From the NCBI GenBank assembly GCA_965226795.1, contig CBDDDZ010000003.1, forward strand, positions 32,001-96,000: DNA of 64,000 nt, given 5' to 3'. The translations under genes were made by a program, and so were the position numbers. This stretch comes from Candidatus Latescibacterota bacterium. Lineage in GTDB: Bacteria; Latescibacterota; UBA2968; GCA-2709665. Under the pieces are notes generated by a model. The model ran no database searches. It was given only the letters and a program-made list of their open reading frames with translations, and was not told where the DNA came from. Positions 39,272 to 49,567 of the stretch are shown here, piece by piece (the first letter of the stretch is position 1; every line of letters begins with the position of its first letter).

Positions 39272-40486
39272 CTACTTCTCCATGAACGGGCCGTGCTGTT
39301 CAAGGCGTTGCAGCGTCTCTTGGAACGCCTCCGTGCCGTCGTCCTCCCACACGTCCAGGCGGATGCCCCGGGTATTGCCTTCAGGGAAGCCGGTGAGGCG
39401 GGCCACGTCGGGGAAGCCCTTCGTGTAAAGTCTGTTCCCGCCCGGAAGGTGCAGGATGCCGATCGTGGTTGGGATAACACTGGGTTTGTTGGACGCGCAT
39501 ACGGCCAGCGCGTCTTCGTCGACCTCCACGCCGAGACCGGGGCCCTCCGGTACCGGAGACGAACCGGCCGCCACCTCGATTCGCTGTTTGACAACGTCTT
39601 CGTCGTACTGATCGTCCAAGTTGGTGGAATGGGCCACGTTCGGAATTACGGCGCCCATATGCAGGGCCATCGCCTTGGTAAGGGTGCCGCCCGTGAGCTG
39701 GATGACTGACGAGACGTTGGCCAGTGCCGCGGCAAAGCCGCGCACGATGGTGGGGCCGATTCCGCCTTCGCCGATCATATAGGCGTCGGCGCAACCCCGG
39801 ATGATTTCCTGTCCGCCACCGAGCTGAGGGACGTGCATCAACAGAGGAAAGCTGGTCTTCTGCCGCAGCAGGCGCCACCCTTCCACGTCGGACAGAACGA
39901 GTGGATCCTCGATCATACCGACCACGGTTGTGCCCTCCAGCTGCTTCAGAATTCGCAGGACGGCTGCGAGCGGCCGGTTGTGATTGAAGTCGTAGTGCAT
40001 CTTGAATCCGGGCGGCGCCACTTCCTCCACCGCCCGGGTCTGTTCAAAGATGTCGTAATAGGCGCAGGTATGGATCTTGAAGATCATATATCCCTGGTCA
40101 ACCGCACGCACCACCTCTTTGGCCAGATCTTCCGGCGACGCCGGGCGGGTCCACGCCGCCACGGGCACCCGGTCGCGTATCTTCTGGCCCATGAGTTTGT
40201 ACGCGGGAATCTCGAGATGCTTGCCCATGGCGTCGTACAGCGCGCCCATCAGGCCGGAATTGAGATTGGCGTTAATAAAATCGAAGGGGTCACGGTCAAC
40301 GAGGTGCGCCACGGTGGATCTCTCGGGCGCCTCGCAGCGCGCATCGCCGTATCCGACGATGCCGTTGTCCGTTGTAATTTTGAATATGGTGCGATGGTTC
40401 AGCTTGATGAACCGCGCTTTCTGATCGGCGTTCCGGTCGGCGATTCTCGGATAGATGGGGATCATTTCGATGTCGGCGATTTTCAT
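39272..40486 (-). CDS. Mandelate racemase/muconate lactonizing (enolase superfamily) enzyme
   Basis: ITTDNGIVGYG, ALYDAMGK, KIH, D.N, IEDP, PEGPGLGVEVD. Confidence 0.88.
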   Translation of the reverse strand: MKIADIEMIPIYPRIADRNADQKARFIKLNHRTIFKITTDNGIVGYGDARCEAPERSTVAHLVDRDPFDFINANLNSGLMGALYDAMGKHLEIPAYKLMGQKIRDRVPVAAWTRPASPEDLAKEVVRAVDQGYMIFKIHTCAYYDIFEQTRAVEEVAPPGFKMHYDFNHNRPLAAVLRILKQLEGTTVVGMIEDPLVLSDVEGWRLLRQKTSFPLLMHVPQLGGGQEIIRGCADAYMIGEGGIGPTIVRGFAAALANVSSVIQLTGGTLTKAMALHMGAVIPNVAHSTNLDDQYDEDVVKQRIEVAAGSSPVPEGPGLGVEVDEDALAVCASNKPSVIPTTIGILHLPGGNRLYTKGFPDVARLTGFPEGNTRGIRLDVWEDDGTEAFQETLQRLEQHGPFMEK

Positions 40487-40574
40487 GATGAATTCCTTAA
40501 TAACGGGATAACGGGAAGATTACGGCCTGAAATCGCGGCAATGTCCGTATATCAGGGTTGTCGAACTCCGCTCG

Positions 40575-40655
40575 TCAGACCTTCACGGGCCACGTAATAT
40601 CTACGCCGGGCAGTATCCTGCGCAAGAGGGATCTTAACTGGTCCGCCGCGGATGG
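40575..40655 (-). repeat. Diverged duplicate of the 3' end of the DHDPS-family gene
   Basis: 64/81 nt identical to 41498-41578 without gaps; encodes PSAADQLRSLLRRILPGVDITWPVKV*. Confidence 0.85.
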
Positions 40656-40789
40656 GATTTGTGCTTTACGCCCATGGGTGCAATATATCGCCCTTTTAAC
40701 TTGACATCAAAAATATCTCGGAAATATTGCTTGCCTTCCATCCAGTCAAAGACCCATATGCACACGATGGAGAAAGGAATCCATATATC

Positions 40790-41455
40790 ATGGCTGTAGA
40801 GGTAGGACAGACCGCGCCCAACTTCGGAGTCTCTTGCTGGGTGCAGGGCGCCCCGACCAACTTCGACCGGGAGCGGGATCACATCGTGGCGCTGGAAGTC
40901 CTCCAGGTCAATTGTCCCGGATGCTTCATGTATGCCATTCCTGAAGCGATTCGCGTGTACAACAGGTACAAGGAGGACGGGGTGCGCGTCCTTGGACTGG
41001 CCACCGCCTTCGAGGACTTTGACAAAAACACGCTTGACAACCTCAGGCTCCTGGCTGAGACCGGTCAGGTGATCGGGGAGACCAGGAGGGCACTCGCAAT
41101 GAGCGGGCAGTTGCAGGAGGGAGACCGGCTGCCCTACAAGATCCCGTTTCCGATTGGGATGGACAACCTTACGAGGACGTCCGGCGAACCCCGCCGCGAA
41201 GCGATTATGGACGTGATATACCCTCAGATACCCGACTTCGACTCGCAGCCTGAGACCTACAGGGTGCAGATCATTCAGAGGGTGAAGGACTATCTGACTG
41301 CAAAGGAATATTCGGCCGAGACGTTCGAGAAGTTCGCCCTGCGCGGAACGCCGTCCACCATACTGATCGACCGCAAGGGTGTCCTCAGGGACGTGTCTTT
41401 TGGCCGGACGGGCCACCTGGAGGCGATGATCCAGGGGATCCTCAGGGAAGACTGA
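40790..41455 (+). CDS. TlpA/redoxin-like thioredoxin-fold protein
   Basis: APNF, LQVNCPGC, VLGLATAFED, LRGTPSTILIDRKG. Confidence 0.85.
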   Translation: MAVEVGQTAPNFGVSCWVQGAPTNFDRERDHIVALEVLQVNCPGCFMYAIPEAIRVYNRYKEDGVRVLGLATAFEDFDKNTLDNLRLLAETGQVIGETRRALAMSGQLQEGDRLPYKIPFPIGMDNLTRTSGEPRREAIMDVIYPQIPDFDSQPETYRVQIIQRVKDYLTAKEYSAETFEKFALRGTPSTILIDRKGVLRDVSFGRTGHLEAMIQGILRED

Positions 41456-41497
41456 GTCAGCGGGTTACGGCGAGTACCACCCGCAGTGCGGCCGCTG

Positions 41498-42418
41498 TCA
41501 CGAAACCACAGGCCCTGTAATATCCACGCCGGGCAGTATGCTGCGCAAGAGGGTATTTAATTGGTCCGCGGTGGATGGATCGATATTGGCGCCGGGGTGT
41601 CGGACGTAGCTGCTGGCAATGAGACCGCGCAGCCGGAATATCTCCTTTCGTATCGCCACGCCCGGCTGCTGTTCGAAGACGATGAGCGGCAGGTAACGGC
41701 GGTAGATATCGTTCACGGCATCGAAGTCACTGTTCCGTGCCGCCTGAACCATCGCGATCAGGACTTCGGGAAAAGCGAAGCCGGTCATGAAGCCGTGAGC
41801 TCCTCTGGCCAGGTCGAAAGCGGCGTAGAGGGCTCCAAGACCGGTGAGCACGGTAACGGTGCGGTCCCCGATGCCATTCAAAATGGCCGAAATTCTGGGC
41901 GGGGTGGGTGTTGCCTCTTCCTTGATACACGCGACAAGCGGAATTTCGTGGATCAGACGGTGGATGAGGGAGACCGACATATGGACCTGGGTGGAGGCGG
42001 GGTGGTCCTGTACGACGATGGGAATGGAGATACCTTTCCCAACTTCGCTGAAGAATTCGAAGATGCGGTCTTCGTTGGGAACCGGTTCTCGCATGGGGGT
42101 GACCATCACACCTGCCGCACCCATGGATTCGGCCATCCGGCTGAGTTCCAGAGTCGCCCGCGTTCCGCTGTGGCTTGTTCCAACGATCACGGGGATGCTG
42201 CCGTCAAGGGCGTCCACGGCTGTCCGGATCAGACTTTTCCGCTCGTCGTCCAGCATCCGATTGGATTCACCCAGGACGCCGATCACCGTGATGCCGTCGA
42301 CCCCGATGTCGGCCATAAAGCGTACCGTCCGGGCGAAGGATTCCAGGTCGAGATCGCCCCTGTCATCAAACGGGGTGACGAGGATGGGAAAGACGCCTTC
42401 AAAGTTCACCGATGCCAT
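41498..42418 (-). CDS. Dihydrodipicolinate synthase family aldolase/dehydratase
   Basis: GVFPILVTPF, GVLGE, PVIVG, IKEE Schiff-base lysine. Confidence 0.92.
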   Translation of the reverse strand: MASVNFEGVFPILVTPFDDRGDLDLESFARTVRFMADIGVDGITVIGVLGESNRMLDDERKSLIRTAVDALDGSIPVIVGTSHSGTRATLELSRMAESMGAAGVMVTPMREPVPNEDRIFEFFSEVGKGISIPIVVQDHPASTQVHMSVSLIHRLIHEIPLVACIKEEATPTPPRISAILNGIGDRTVTVLTGLGALYAAFDLARGAHGFMTGFAFPEVLIAMVQAARNSDFDAVNDIYRRYLPLIVFEQQPGVAIRKEIFRLRGLIASSYVRHPGANIDPSTADQLNTLLRSILPGVDITGPVVS

Positions 42419-42511
42419 TGCGTTTTCTTTCGTTTACCGTAATCCCGTAAGACGCTCGCAAGGTACAGACTGGATCGGATACAGGATTGAGTACGGGGCC
42501 TGCACGTTCCC

Positions 42512-45500
42512 TTACGCCTTCAACGCGTGCAGAAAGCCGTCCCCGGAACAGGCTGCGATTTCGGGGATGCCGTCCCCGTCGACGTCCGCGGGGACGATAT
42601 CCAGGATTGGGCCGCCGGCCTGAAAGCGGCCGATGGGACGTCCATCCGCATTGGCGAGCAGGTACACCGTTCCGTCCTCGACGCCCGCCGCGACTTCGAG
42701 TTTCCCGTCGCCGTCGAAGTCGGCAACGGCGATGCAACGTACGACTTCACCGAGGTCGCTGCGCCAATGCAGCGTCGTGCCGTCACCCTTGACGACGTAG
42801 ACGTTGAAACTCATGGACGATGCGACGATTTCGTCCAGGCCATCACCATCCATATCGGCCATCAGGACCCGGGTGACTTCGTCGCCCGTGTTGAATTGCG
42901 AGATAAGAGACCCGTCGGCGTTGAGAAGGTGGATGTGGGTGTCCGCGCCGGCGAAGGCGACTTCCTTCAGACCGTCGCCGTCGACGTCGGCGGCTGCGGC
43001 GCTATTGGCGCGGGGGCCCGTGGCCGGATGATAGGACCAGCGGATTTCGCCGTTCCCGTCGATGCAGTGCCAGCGGTGGTAGTCGGTTCCGGCGATGACC
43101 TCGTCCCTGCCGTCGCCGTCCAGGTCGGCGGCGCAGCCGGTGGACGAGGGGCGGACGGTCATCTGGCGCCAGAGCTCTTTCCCCTCGTGTGTGAAGGCGT
43201 GATAACGCCACGATTCCACGGCGGCGATCACTTCGAGGTAGCCGTCGCCGTTGATGTCGCCGGTGAAAACGGACCGCACGACGGGATCCTGGAAGTAGAA
43301 GGGGATTTTGTAGTCCCATTTCAACTCCCCCCTCGCGTCGAGGACGTACACACGGGTGTCATCCGACCCGGCGATGATTTCCGGACGGCCGTCGTTTTCC
43401 AGGTCCGCCGCGCAGACGGAACGGACAGCGCCGCCGGTGGGATAGCGCCAGAGTGAGCTGCCGTCCTTACAGGTGTGGATGGACCCGGTGCGGCCGCCCG
43501 CGACAATTTCGTCCTTACCGTCGCCGTCCAGGTCCACGGCCTGTACGGACAGCAAGACGTTGTCCTCGCTATGGGACCAGAGCACGGGGAGGTCCGGAAT
43601 ACGGCCCCTCCTGCGCGATGTCCGGAAGCGGGGCGCGAAATGCGGCCTGGTCTTTCCGGCTGCGGCCCGGCGGAGTCCTGTGAGGGCCGGGGGGATCAGT
43701 GCGATGCCGTGCCTGCCCCCGGGCGCACGGAACGTGACGGCGCCGTTGGAGACGTCGGCGGCGATCGGCCTGCCGTCCACTTCAACCTCCGTTCCGCTTC
43801 CCGCGGACAGCGTGATCGTCGTCGGACCGGAGGTGACGAGAGTGCCCCGTGAGGCCGGCAGATCGTATTCGAAGGACGCGGGGCGATCGCTCCTGAATAT
43901 GGTATCTTCCCAGGAAACTTCCGTGCCGTCGACGACGGCAAAGTTACGAGGAGAAATCTGAAACTGGGCGGCCGCGACGCTGGGGCCGGATGGCAGCCCG
44001 GTCGCCCTGTGGGCCTCGCCGACGCCCGCAAAGACCGTTTCCGGTCCGCCGTCGATTCGCACGGCGGTTTCGGCGATCCGAGTCATTCCGAGCTTCAAGG
44101 GGCCGCAATAAAGCAGGTTGAAGAATCGATAGGCCTCACCTTTTTTCAGATGTACGTCAACGATCTGCTGGAGTATGCGTACTACGGGTTCGGCGTGAGT
44201 ATAGCGATCCCAATTCTTTCCGGTAACAGGGTCGTCCTCGAACTTGAGCCTGGGACCCGGCAGCCCATGGACGAAAAATCGCTCGCCGTTCTGTTCCACT
44301 GCCATGCCGCCGTGGCGGCGTTGAACTTCGCCCAGGGTCTGCCAGACGGCGCGGAAACTGTAGTCCGCGTCTCCAAGCGCCTCCATCTCGTCGACGACCA
44401 GGAAAAAGACCCCGCGGTTCCAAAGGATATTCCGGCGCCAGTCCACGCCGCTGTAGGAACGAAGCGTCGTCTGGGAGAATCCGGCGTTCATGTGGGCGGA
44501 AAATCGTTCGAGTTCCGCGAAAGGCGGGATCTCGGCGGAACTGCCGTTCTTGAAGATGAGGACGCCGTTATGGAACTTGGGCAGCGATTTGATGTAGTCG
44601 CAGTCGGCCAGCCAGATTCGGTCGTTCTGGGTCAGGCGGCAGATTGAGTTGCCGTCGTAATGCTTATGACCGCCGTTGGAAAGCCCGTCCAGAAACAGAT
44701 ACTGATTTTGAGGATCGAATCCGTCCCTGAAGACAACCTTGTCGAACGTCTTGTCCAGAGGCAGGTGGTCGCTGCCCTTGTTTGAATCGTAATATAGAGG
44801 ATCCACCGGGTAGACCTGAGCCCCCTCCATGTCCGTGGGTTCCACCGGTTCCAAGTCGCGGCTGTGTTCGTAGGGGTGGGCCCGCGGGGCCAGGGCTTTC
44901 TTCTTGTCCAGCATCCACTGGTAACGGCCGTCGCCGGTCACGCAGGCCATGGCTCGCAGGTAGGGCACTTCGGTCCACGTTCCGAACGGGGAGGACGTGT
45001 CTCCGTTGGGCACGCCGCATCCCAGGTTGTCCGTGGTGAGGATGGCGTAATCGCCGGCGCGCTGGGCGTTGCCGGTATCGAAGAACGTCATGTCGCCGGT
45101 ACTGAGTGAGTAGCGCATCGCGTGGAAGTGGGTGCGCCACTGGTAGTGGCCGCAGTCCTCGGAGGGCTTGAAGGCATTGACCTGCGCCCTGAAGCATTTT
45201 TCAGCCAGTGCCAGCCATCCGTAAGCCTGCGCGGCTTTGTAGTATTTTTTAAAATAGGCGCCGGCATAGTGAAGGCCGAGAGCGGCGTAGGTCGCATGGT
45301 TGTGGCGAACCTGTTCGTTATCCACGTTGCCGACGTGGGATACGCAATCCGAAATGAACTCATAAAGGATGCGGGTAATCCGCAGGCGGTCTGCAGAGGA
45401 GATCACGGGACTTTCTTCCACGAGATCCCACCCCGGCAGGACGTACTGCAGCGCGAAGTCCGCGTCGAAACCCCACACGCTGCCATAGTTGTCCGGATCG

Positions 45501-46198
45501 GACATGACATGGTCGTACATGCGAAAGACCAGTCGTTTGTAGATTTCAGCGTAGACGTTGTTTCCGGTAAGCCCGTAGTGCAGGCCCCGCCGGCCGATTC
45601 GGCCCCACAACCCGGTATGGCAGCCCCGTTTGAGGTCTTCTTCGGCTTCAGCCATCTCGGCCTCGAGGTCCGGTTCTTCGGGGATGCCTGCGTCGTGACG
45701 GGCATCCGGACCCCACTTTACATCGAACGTGGGACCGAGAGTGAGCGTCGATTCCCCCTTGAGGCGCTCGAGTAAGAGACCTGTGGCGGTTTCGACTCCT
45801 GATATATCGCTGCCGAAAAGGCCAACGGCGTTTTTTCCGTTGCCCCAGGGATCGTGGATGGTGTGCAGAAGATGTCCGCCGTTTCCGGGGTAGTGGTCGT
45901 CGGCGGGGGTGTAGCTGTAGCCGTAAAGCCGGAATATCGCCCGGTTGGTGTTCAGGTTGCCCAGCAGGATGAGGTGTCTTCGGGGTGTTACTGCGGCGGC
46001 GGTATGGGCGATGATGGGCAGTTTGGCGCCTGAGAGGTCCTGGATTCCTTTCTGGATGGTTTCGGCAAGGGCGGCGTACCGATCATCCGACGGACACACG
46101 ACGGCAGACGAGGGGCGCCCCGCTTCCACAAGGTTGGTTTCGGGGTAAAGCGGTTTGGGCTTCGTCAGGTTCTCAAGGGACATCATACGCGGCGGCAT
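42512..46198 (-). CDS. Multidomain heparinase II/III-like protein with C-terminal FG-GAP/VCBS beta-propeller
   Basis: HNH, ED..Y, PNGD, GHKHYD.N, HNGV; eight DxDGDGxxE repeats; start codon uncertain. Confidence 0.8.
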   Translation of the reverse strand: MPPRMMSLENLTKPKPLYPETNLVEAGRPSSAVVCPSDDRYAALAETIQKGIQDLSGAKLPIIAHTAAAVTPRRHLILLGNLNTNRAIFRLYGYSYTPADDHYPGNGGHLLHTIHDPWGNGKNAVGLFGSDISGVETATGLLLERLKGESTLTLGPTFDVKWGPDARHDAGIPEEPDLEAEMAEAEEDLKRGCHTGLWGRIGRRGLHYGLTGNNVYAEIYKRLVFRMYDHVMSDPDNYGSVWGFDADFALQYVLPGWDLVEESPVISSADRLRITRILYEFISDCVSHVGNVDNEQVRHNHATYAALGLHYAGAYFKKYYKAAQAYGWLALAEKCFRAQVNAFKPSEDCGHYQWRTHFHAMRYSLSTGDMTFFDTGNAQRAGDYAILTTDNLGCGVPNGDTSSPFGTWTEVPYLRAMACVTGDGRYQWMLDKKKALAPRAHPYEHSRDLEPVEPTDMEGAQVYPVDPLYYDSNKGSDHLPLDKTFDKVVFRDGFDPQNQYLFLDGLSNGGHKHYDGNSICRLTQNDRIWLADCDYIKSLPKFHNGVLIFKNGSSAEIPPFAELERFSAHMNAGFSQTTLRSYSGVDWRRNILWNRGVFFLVVDEMEALGDADYSFRAVWQTLGEVQRRHGGMAVEQNGERFFVHGLPGPRLKFEDDPVTGKNWDRYTHAEPVVRILQQIVDVHLKKGEAYRFFNLLYCGPLKLGMTRIAETAVRIDGGPETVFAGVGEAHRATGLPSGPSVAAAQFQISPRNFAVVDGTEVSWEDTIFRSDRPASFEYDLPASRGTLVTSGPTTITLSAGSGTEVEVDGRPIAADVSNGAVTFRAPGGRHGIALIPPALTGLRRAAAGKTRPHFAPRFRTSRRRGRIPDLPVLWSHSEDNVLLSVQAVDLDGDGKDEIVAGGRTGSIHTCKDGSSLWRYPTGGAVRSVCAADLENDGRPEIIAGSDDTRVYVLDARGELKWDYKIPFYFQDPVVRSVFTGDINGDGYLEVIAAVESWRYHAFTHEGKELWRQMTVRPSSTGCAADLDGDGRDEVIAGTDYHRWHCIDGNGEIRWSYHPATGPRANSAAAADVDGDGLKEVAFAGADTHIHLLNADGSLISQFNTGDEVTRVLMADMDGDGLDEIVASSMSFNVYVVKGDGTTLHWRSDLGEVVRCIAVADFDGDGKLEVAAGVEDGTVYLLANADGRPIGRFQAGGPILDIVPADVDGDGIPEIAACSGDGFLHALKA

Positions 46199-46240
46199 AG
46201 TGGGCTCCGGGGTCAAGAATCGAACCGGGCAAATTTCTCC

Positions 46241-47023
46241 CTACTGTTGCCCGATGAGTTGCTTCAGGAATGCGATTTCATGTTCAGCGGTCTCGCAGGG
46301 CGGATGATGGCTGCCGTGTTCAATGGAGATGTAGCCGTCGAAACCCCTGGATTGGAGAAGACCGAGGAATGCGGCGAAATCCACGTCGCCGGAGTCCAGA
46401 AACGTGAGCCGCGGCCAGTTTCCCAACCAGTTGTGGGCGTGCAGGTGAACAACGTGTTCCCCGAGTTGTTCGGCGGTATGAAAAACGGATTCGCCGACGA
46501 GAGGAGTCTGGAGGTTTACTGTGAGGTTCTCCATGCCCACGTCGTCGAGAAGTTTGAGCGTACTCGCACTCGTATCCGTCAGGTTGGGCCCATGATGGAT
46601 AACCTGGTGGGTTTCCAACGGGAAGACGATGTTGTGGACGGCGCCCATTTCACAGATTTTCTGCAGACCCCTGACACAGGCGTCCCATTGCCGGACGGTG
46701 GCGTCCGCGCTCCCCACGTTGCCGGTGTAGGTACGGACAAAGGGACAGTCGAGTTCGACCGCGTAACCGATGAAGGTCTCGGCATCCCGGATGCTCTGAT
46801 CCCAGGTTGCCTGGCTGGTGGTGAAGTCGAAGTAGGGGCAGATCTGCACGATCCGGAGGTCGTGTTCGGCCGTAATTGAACGGACCCATCCCAGATCCGC
46901 GTGGCAGAGGTACTGTTGCCAGAGTTCGATGCCGTCATAACCCAGTTCGGCGAGGTACGGTACGGCTTTTTCCTGATCGGCCTGTGTATTGCCGAAAGCG
47001 TTTGTGCAGAATGAGGACTTCAT
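46241..47023 (-). CDS. Sugar phosphate isomerase/epimerase (xylose-isomerase-like TIM barrel)
   Basis: GYDGIEL, LETH, VHLH, GDVDF, GFDGYISIEH. Confidence 0.88.
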   Translation of the reverse strand: MKSSFCTNAFGNTQADQEKAVPYLAELGYDGIELWQQYLCHADLGWVRSITAEHDLRIVQICPYFDFTTSQATWDQSIRDAETFIGYAVELDCPFVRTYTGNVGSADATVRQWDACVRGLQKICEMGAVHNIVFPLETHQVIHHGPNLTDTSASTLKLLDDVGMENLTVNLQTPLVGESVFHTAEQLGEHVVHLHAHNWLGNWPRLTFLDSGDVDFAAFLGLLQSRGFDGYISIEHGSHHPPCETAEHEIAFLKQLIGQQ

Positions 47024-47170
47024 GGCAATGAAAAGACCCAGAGTAAAACGCACCTGTCGTCGTATCGAGAAATATTCTGCCATCGGTTCAACAAATGCGT
47101 AAAATAGAAGCACTACAGGCAATGTCAAACGCAATTTGGATCGCGTTCATTCGAATTAAGGGAGGAACCT

Positions 47171-48754
47171 ATGTCCGAACCCGTTGACTACGGTATCATC
47201 TATAATTGGGACGGGGCGCCGCACGGCTATTCCGGGGTGCCGCAATCGATGGACGCGTTTCTGGAGAAAACCTACGCTCCCCTCGAGGAGACACAGGTGG
47301 GGGCGCTGTTCTGGTGCATCGGCGAGCACGCTGCCCGCTGGACGGATTCCGCGCTGGAACTGTTGGGTGACGTGCATGGGCGAAGGTACGAAAACGCCTC
47401 GGCCTATAACCACACCGAAAACATCCGCCGGATGCTCGAGCGGGGGGAGGATCCGCAGGCCTCGCTGATTGAACGCGGCCGCGCCCTGGGCATGGACGTC
47501 TACGCATCAGTTCGTATGAACGATAACCACTTCGACGGGGCGCAGGTGGAAGACCTCCATACGCTCCACCACACCGAGTTGACGAGGATGCGCCGGGAAC
47601 ACCCGGAGTGGGTGCTCGGCGATCGGACGTCGGAGTGGTTTGCGCTTTCGTGGAATATGGCTGTACCGGAAGTCCGCGAGCACCGGTATACCCATATCGA
47701 GGAGATCGTTACGCGGTACGACTGGGACGGCGTGGAGCTGGACTGGCAGCGGCATGCGTTTCACCTTCCCGAGGACGATGCCTACCGGCTGCGCTACGTG
47801 CTTACCGACCTCCAGCGACGGGTGCGGCAACTCACGGACGACCTGGCGAAACGGCGCGGAAGGCCGTTCTATCTGGCTGCGCGCGTGTCCGGTTCGCAGG
47901 AGATGTGCCGCCGCATCGGCTACGATATTCCGGTGTGGATCGAAGAGGGGCTGGTGGACATCCTGATTCTGGGAGGCGGCGCGGTAACCGACGCTTCTTT
48001 GGAGGTGGCCGCGTTTGTCGAGATGTGCCGGGACAGGGGAATCGCCGTCTACGCGGGATTTGACAGCGGGTTGCCCGACCCGTTCGTGGGCCCGGAGGCG
48101 CCTGACACCAAGGATCGAATGCGTACCCGTGCGATTGCCGCCCGCTACCATCGCGCCGGCGCCAACGGCATCTATGTGTTCAACTGGCACGCCAACCGGG
48201 ATTCCCGGCGGGAGTTGCTCTCGCAGATCGGTTCGGTCGAGACGCTTCGCCACACCGACAAGATCTACGCGGCAACACACCGGTACATCCAGAACGAGGG
48301 ACCCTGGCGCGGCGCCTATCGGATCGACCGGATCCTTGGCGAGGTGCCGGTGGCCCTCAAGAAAACCGAGACGGGCGAAATGCCGACCATCACCCTGGAC
48401 ATTGCCGAGGACCTGGGAAAAGATAGTCCGTCGCACCTGGAACTCAGGGTACGCCTCGACCAGTGGGTGGTTGGCGATCGGGTTCGCGTATTCTGGGACG
48501 GGCGAAAACTGAAAGACCCTGAAATCCGCTACTGCGCAATGGACAACACCAATCCTCCGGGCGGCGCCTTCCAGCCTCCACCGGGAATTCGCCGCATTTC
48601 AGACGTGAGCCGAGCGGCATGGCTTTGCTTCCCGCTTCGCCCCTCGGAAATCGCCCAGGGGAAGCATGCCGTCAGGGTGGGACTGATTGAACGCCATCCG
48701 CAGTTGGCGTGCGACATCGTCCTGACCGATGTTGAGGTGGTTGTTCGGTACTGA
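47171..48754 (+). CDS. GHL10/DUF187-like glycoside hydrolase TIM barrel with C-terminal beta domain
   Basis: IYNWDG, SVRMND.H, HPEW, PEVR, DGVELDWQR, GANGIYVFN. Confidence 0.75.
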   Translation: MSEPVDYGIIYNWDGAPHGYSGVPQSMDAFLEKTYAPLEETQVGALFWCIGEHAARWTDSALELLGDVHGRRYENASAYNHTENIRRMLERGEDPQASLIERGRALGMDVYASVRMNDNHFDGAQVEDLHTLHHTELTRMRREHPEWVLGDRTSEWFALSWNMAVPEVREHRYTHIEEIVTRYDWDGVELDWQRHAFHLPEDDAYRLRYVLTDLQRRVRQLTDDLAKRRGRPFYLAARVSGSQEMCRRIGYDIPVWIEEGLVDILILGGGAVTDASLEVAAFVEMCRDRGIAVYAGFDSGLPDPFVGPEAPDTKDRMRTRAIAARYHRAGANGIYVFNWHANRDSRRELLSQIGSVETLRHTDKIYAATHRYIQNEGPWRGAYRIDRILGEVPVALKKTETGEMPTITLDIAEDLGKDSPSHLELRVRLDQWVVGDRVRVFWDGRKLKDPEIRYCAMDNTNPPGGAFQPPPGIRRISDVSRAAWLCFPLRPSEIAQGKHAVRVGLIERHPQLACDIVLTDVEVVVRY

Positions 48755-48908
48755 CACAGATGTCCCATACCCTTTGCGATTCAGCGTAGGAGCCGACACG
48801 CGCTTTGACCCTCTCGAGGTCGCCTGCATTTGGAAAACGGGACGTGTGAAAAAGCCGCCGAACACGGACAGGTGGGATAAAACCACAAATTGGAAAGAAG
48901 GGGATACT

Positions 48909-49496
48909 ATGGCCGTTACCGATACATTGCGCGCGAGGGTACGCGCCGAGTTGCCCGAGGCCGGGGAAATCGCCGATGCTGCACTGCGGGAGAAGGTCAT
49001 CGAGGTATGGGCGACGGCGCTGGCGGCCAGCAGCTTCGAGTCGATTGCGGAGATTCGTCCATCCGGAAATCCCGATACGCCGCCCCTGAAGAAGGGGACG
49101 CAGACCGACCACATCCGCGGGGTGACCCGCCTGGCGATGCGGATGGCCGATGAACTCGCGGCGATGTTTCCGGATTTGAAAGTAAACCGGGACATTCTCA
49201 TTGCCGGCGCGATCTGTCACGACGTTGGCAAGCCCTGGGAATTCGATCCTGAAAATCAGGTGCGCTGGAAACGTGCGCCGGGTGCGGCAGGGTGGCCCTC
49301 CATACGGCATCCGGCTTACGGTGTCCATCTATGTCTGAGCGTGGGGCTGCCCGAAGAGGTGGCGCATATTGCAGGGGGGCATTCGGGAGAAGGAGAACTG
49401 GTGGTTCGGAGCCTCGAAAATACCATCGTTAACGCCGCAGATTACGCCTTCTGGCGGGTGCTGCGGGCCGGGGGGCTGTTGGCGGAGGACTGCTGA
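48909..49496 (+). CDS. HD-domain metal-dependent phosphohydrolase
   Basis: H..GV, CHDVGK, RH..YG, HS, AD. Confidence 0.88.
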   Translation: MAVTDTLRARVRAELPEAGEIADAALREKVIEVWATALAASSFESIAEIRPSGNPDTPPLKKGTQTDHIRGVTRLAMRMADELAAMFPDLKVNRDILIAGAICHDVGKPWEFDPENQVRWKRAPGAAGWPSIRHPAYGVHLCLSVGLPEEVAHIAGGHSGEGELVVRSLENTIVNAADYAFWRVLRAGGLLAEDC

Positions 49497-49567
49497 GGAA
49501 CGATCCGTTCCAGAGCTGCGGAGATCGCGGAGGATAAACCAGGGCGGGGCGCCGTACGATCCCTCCC

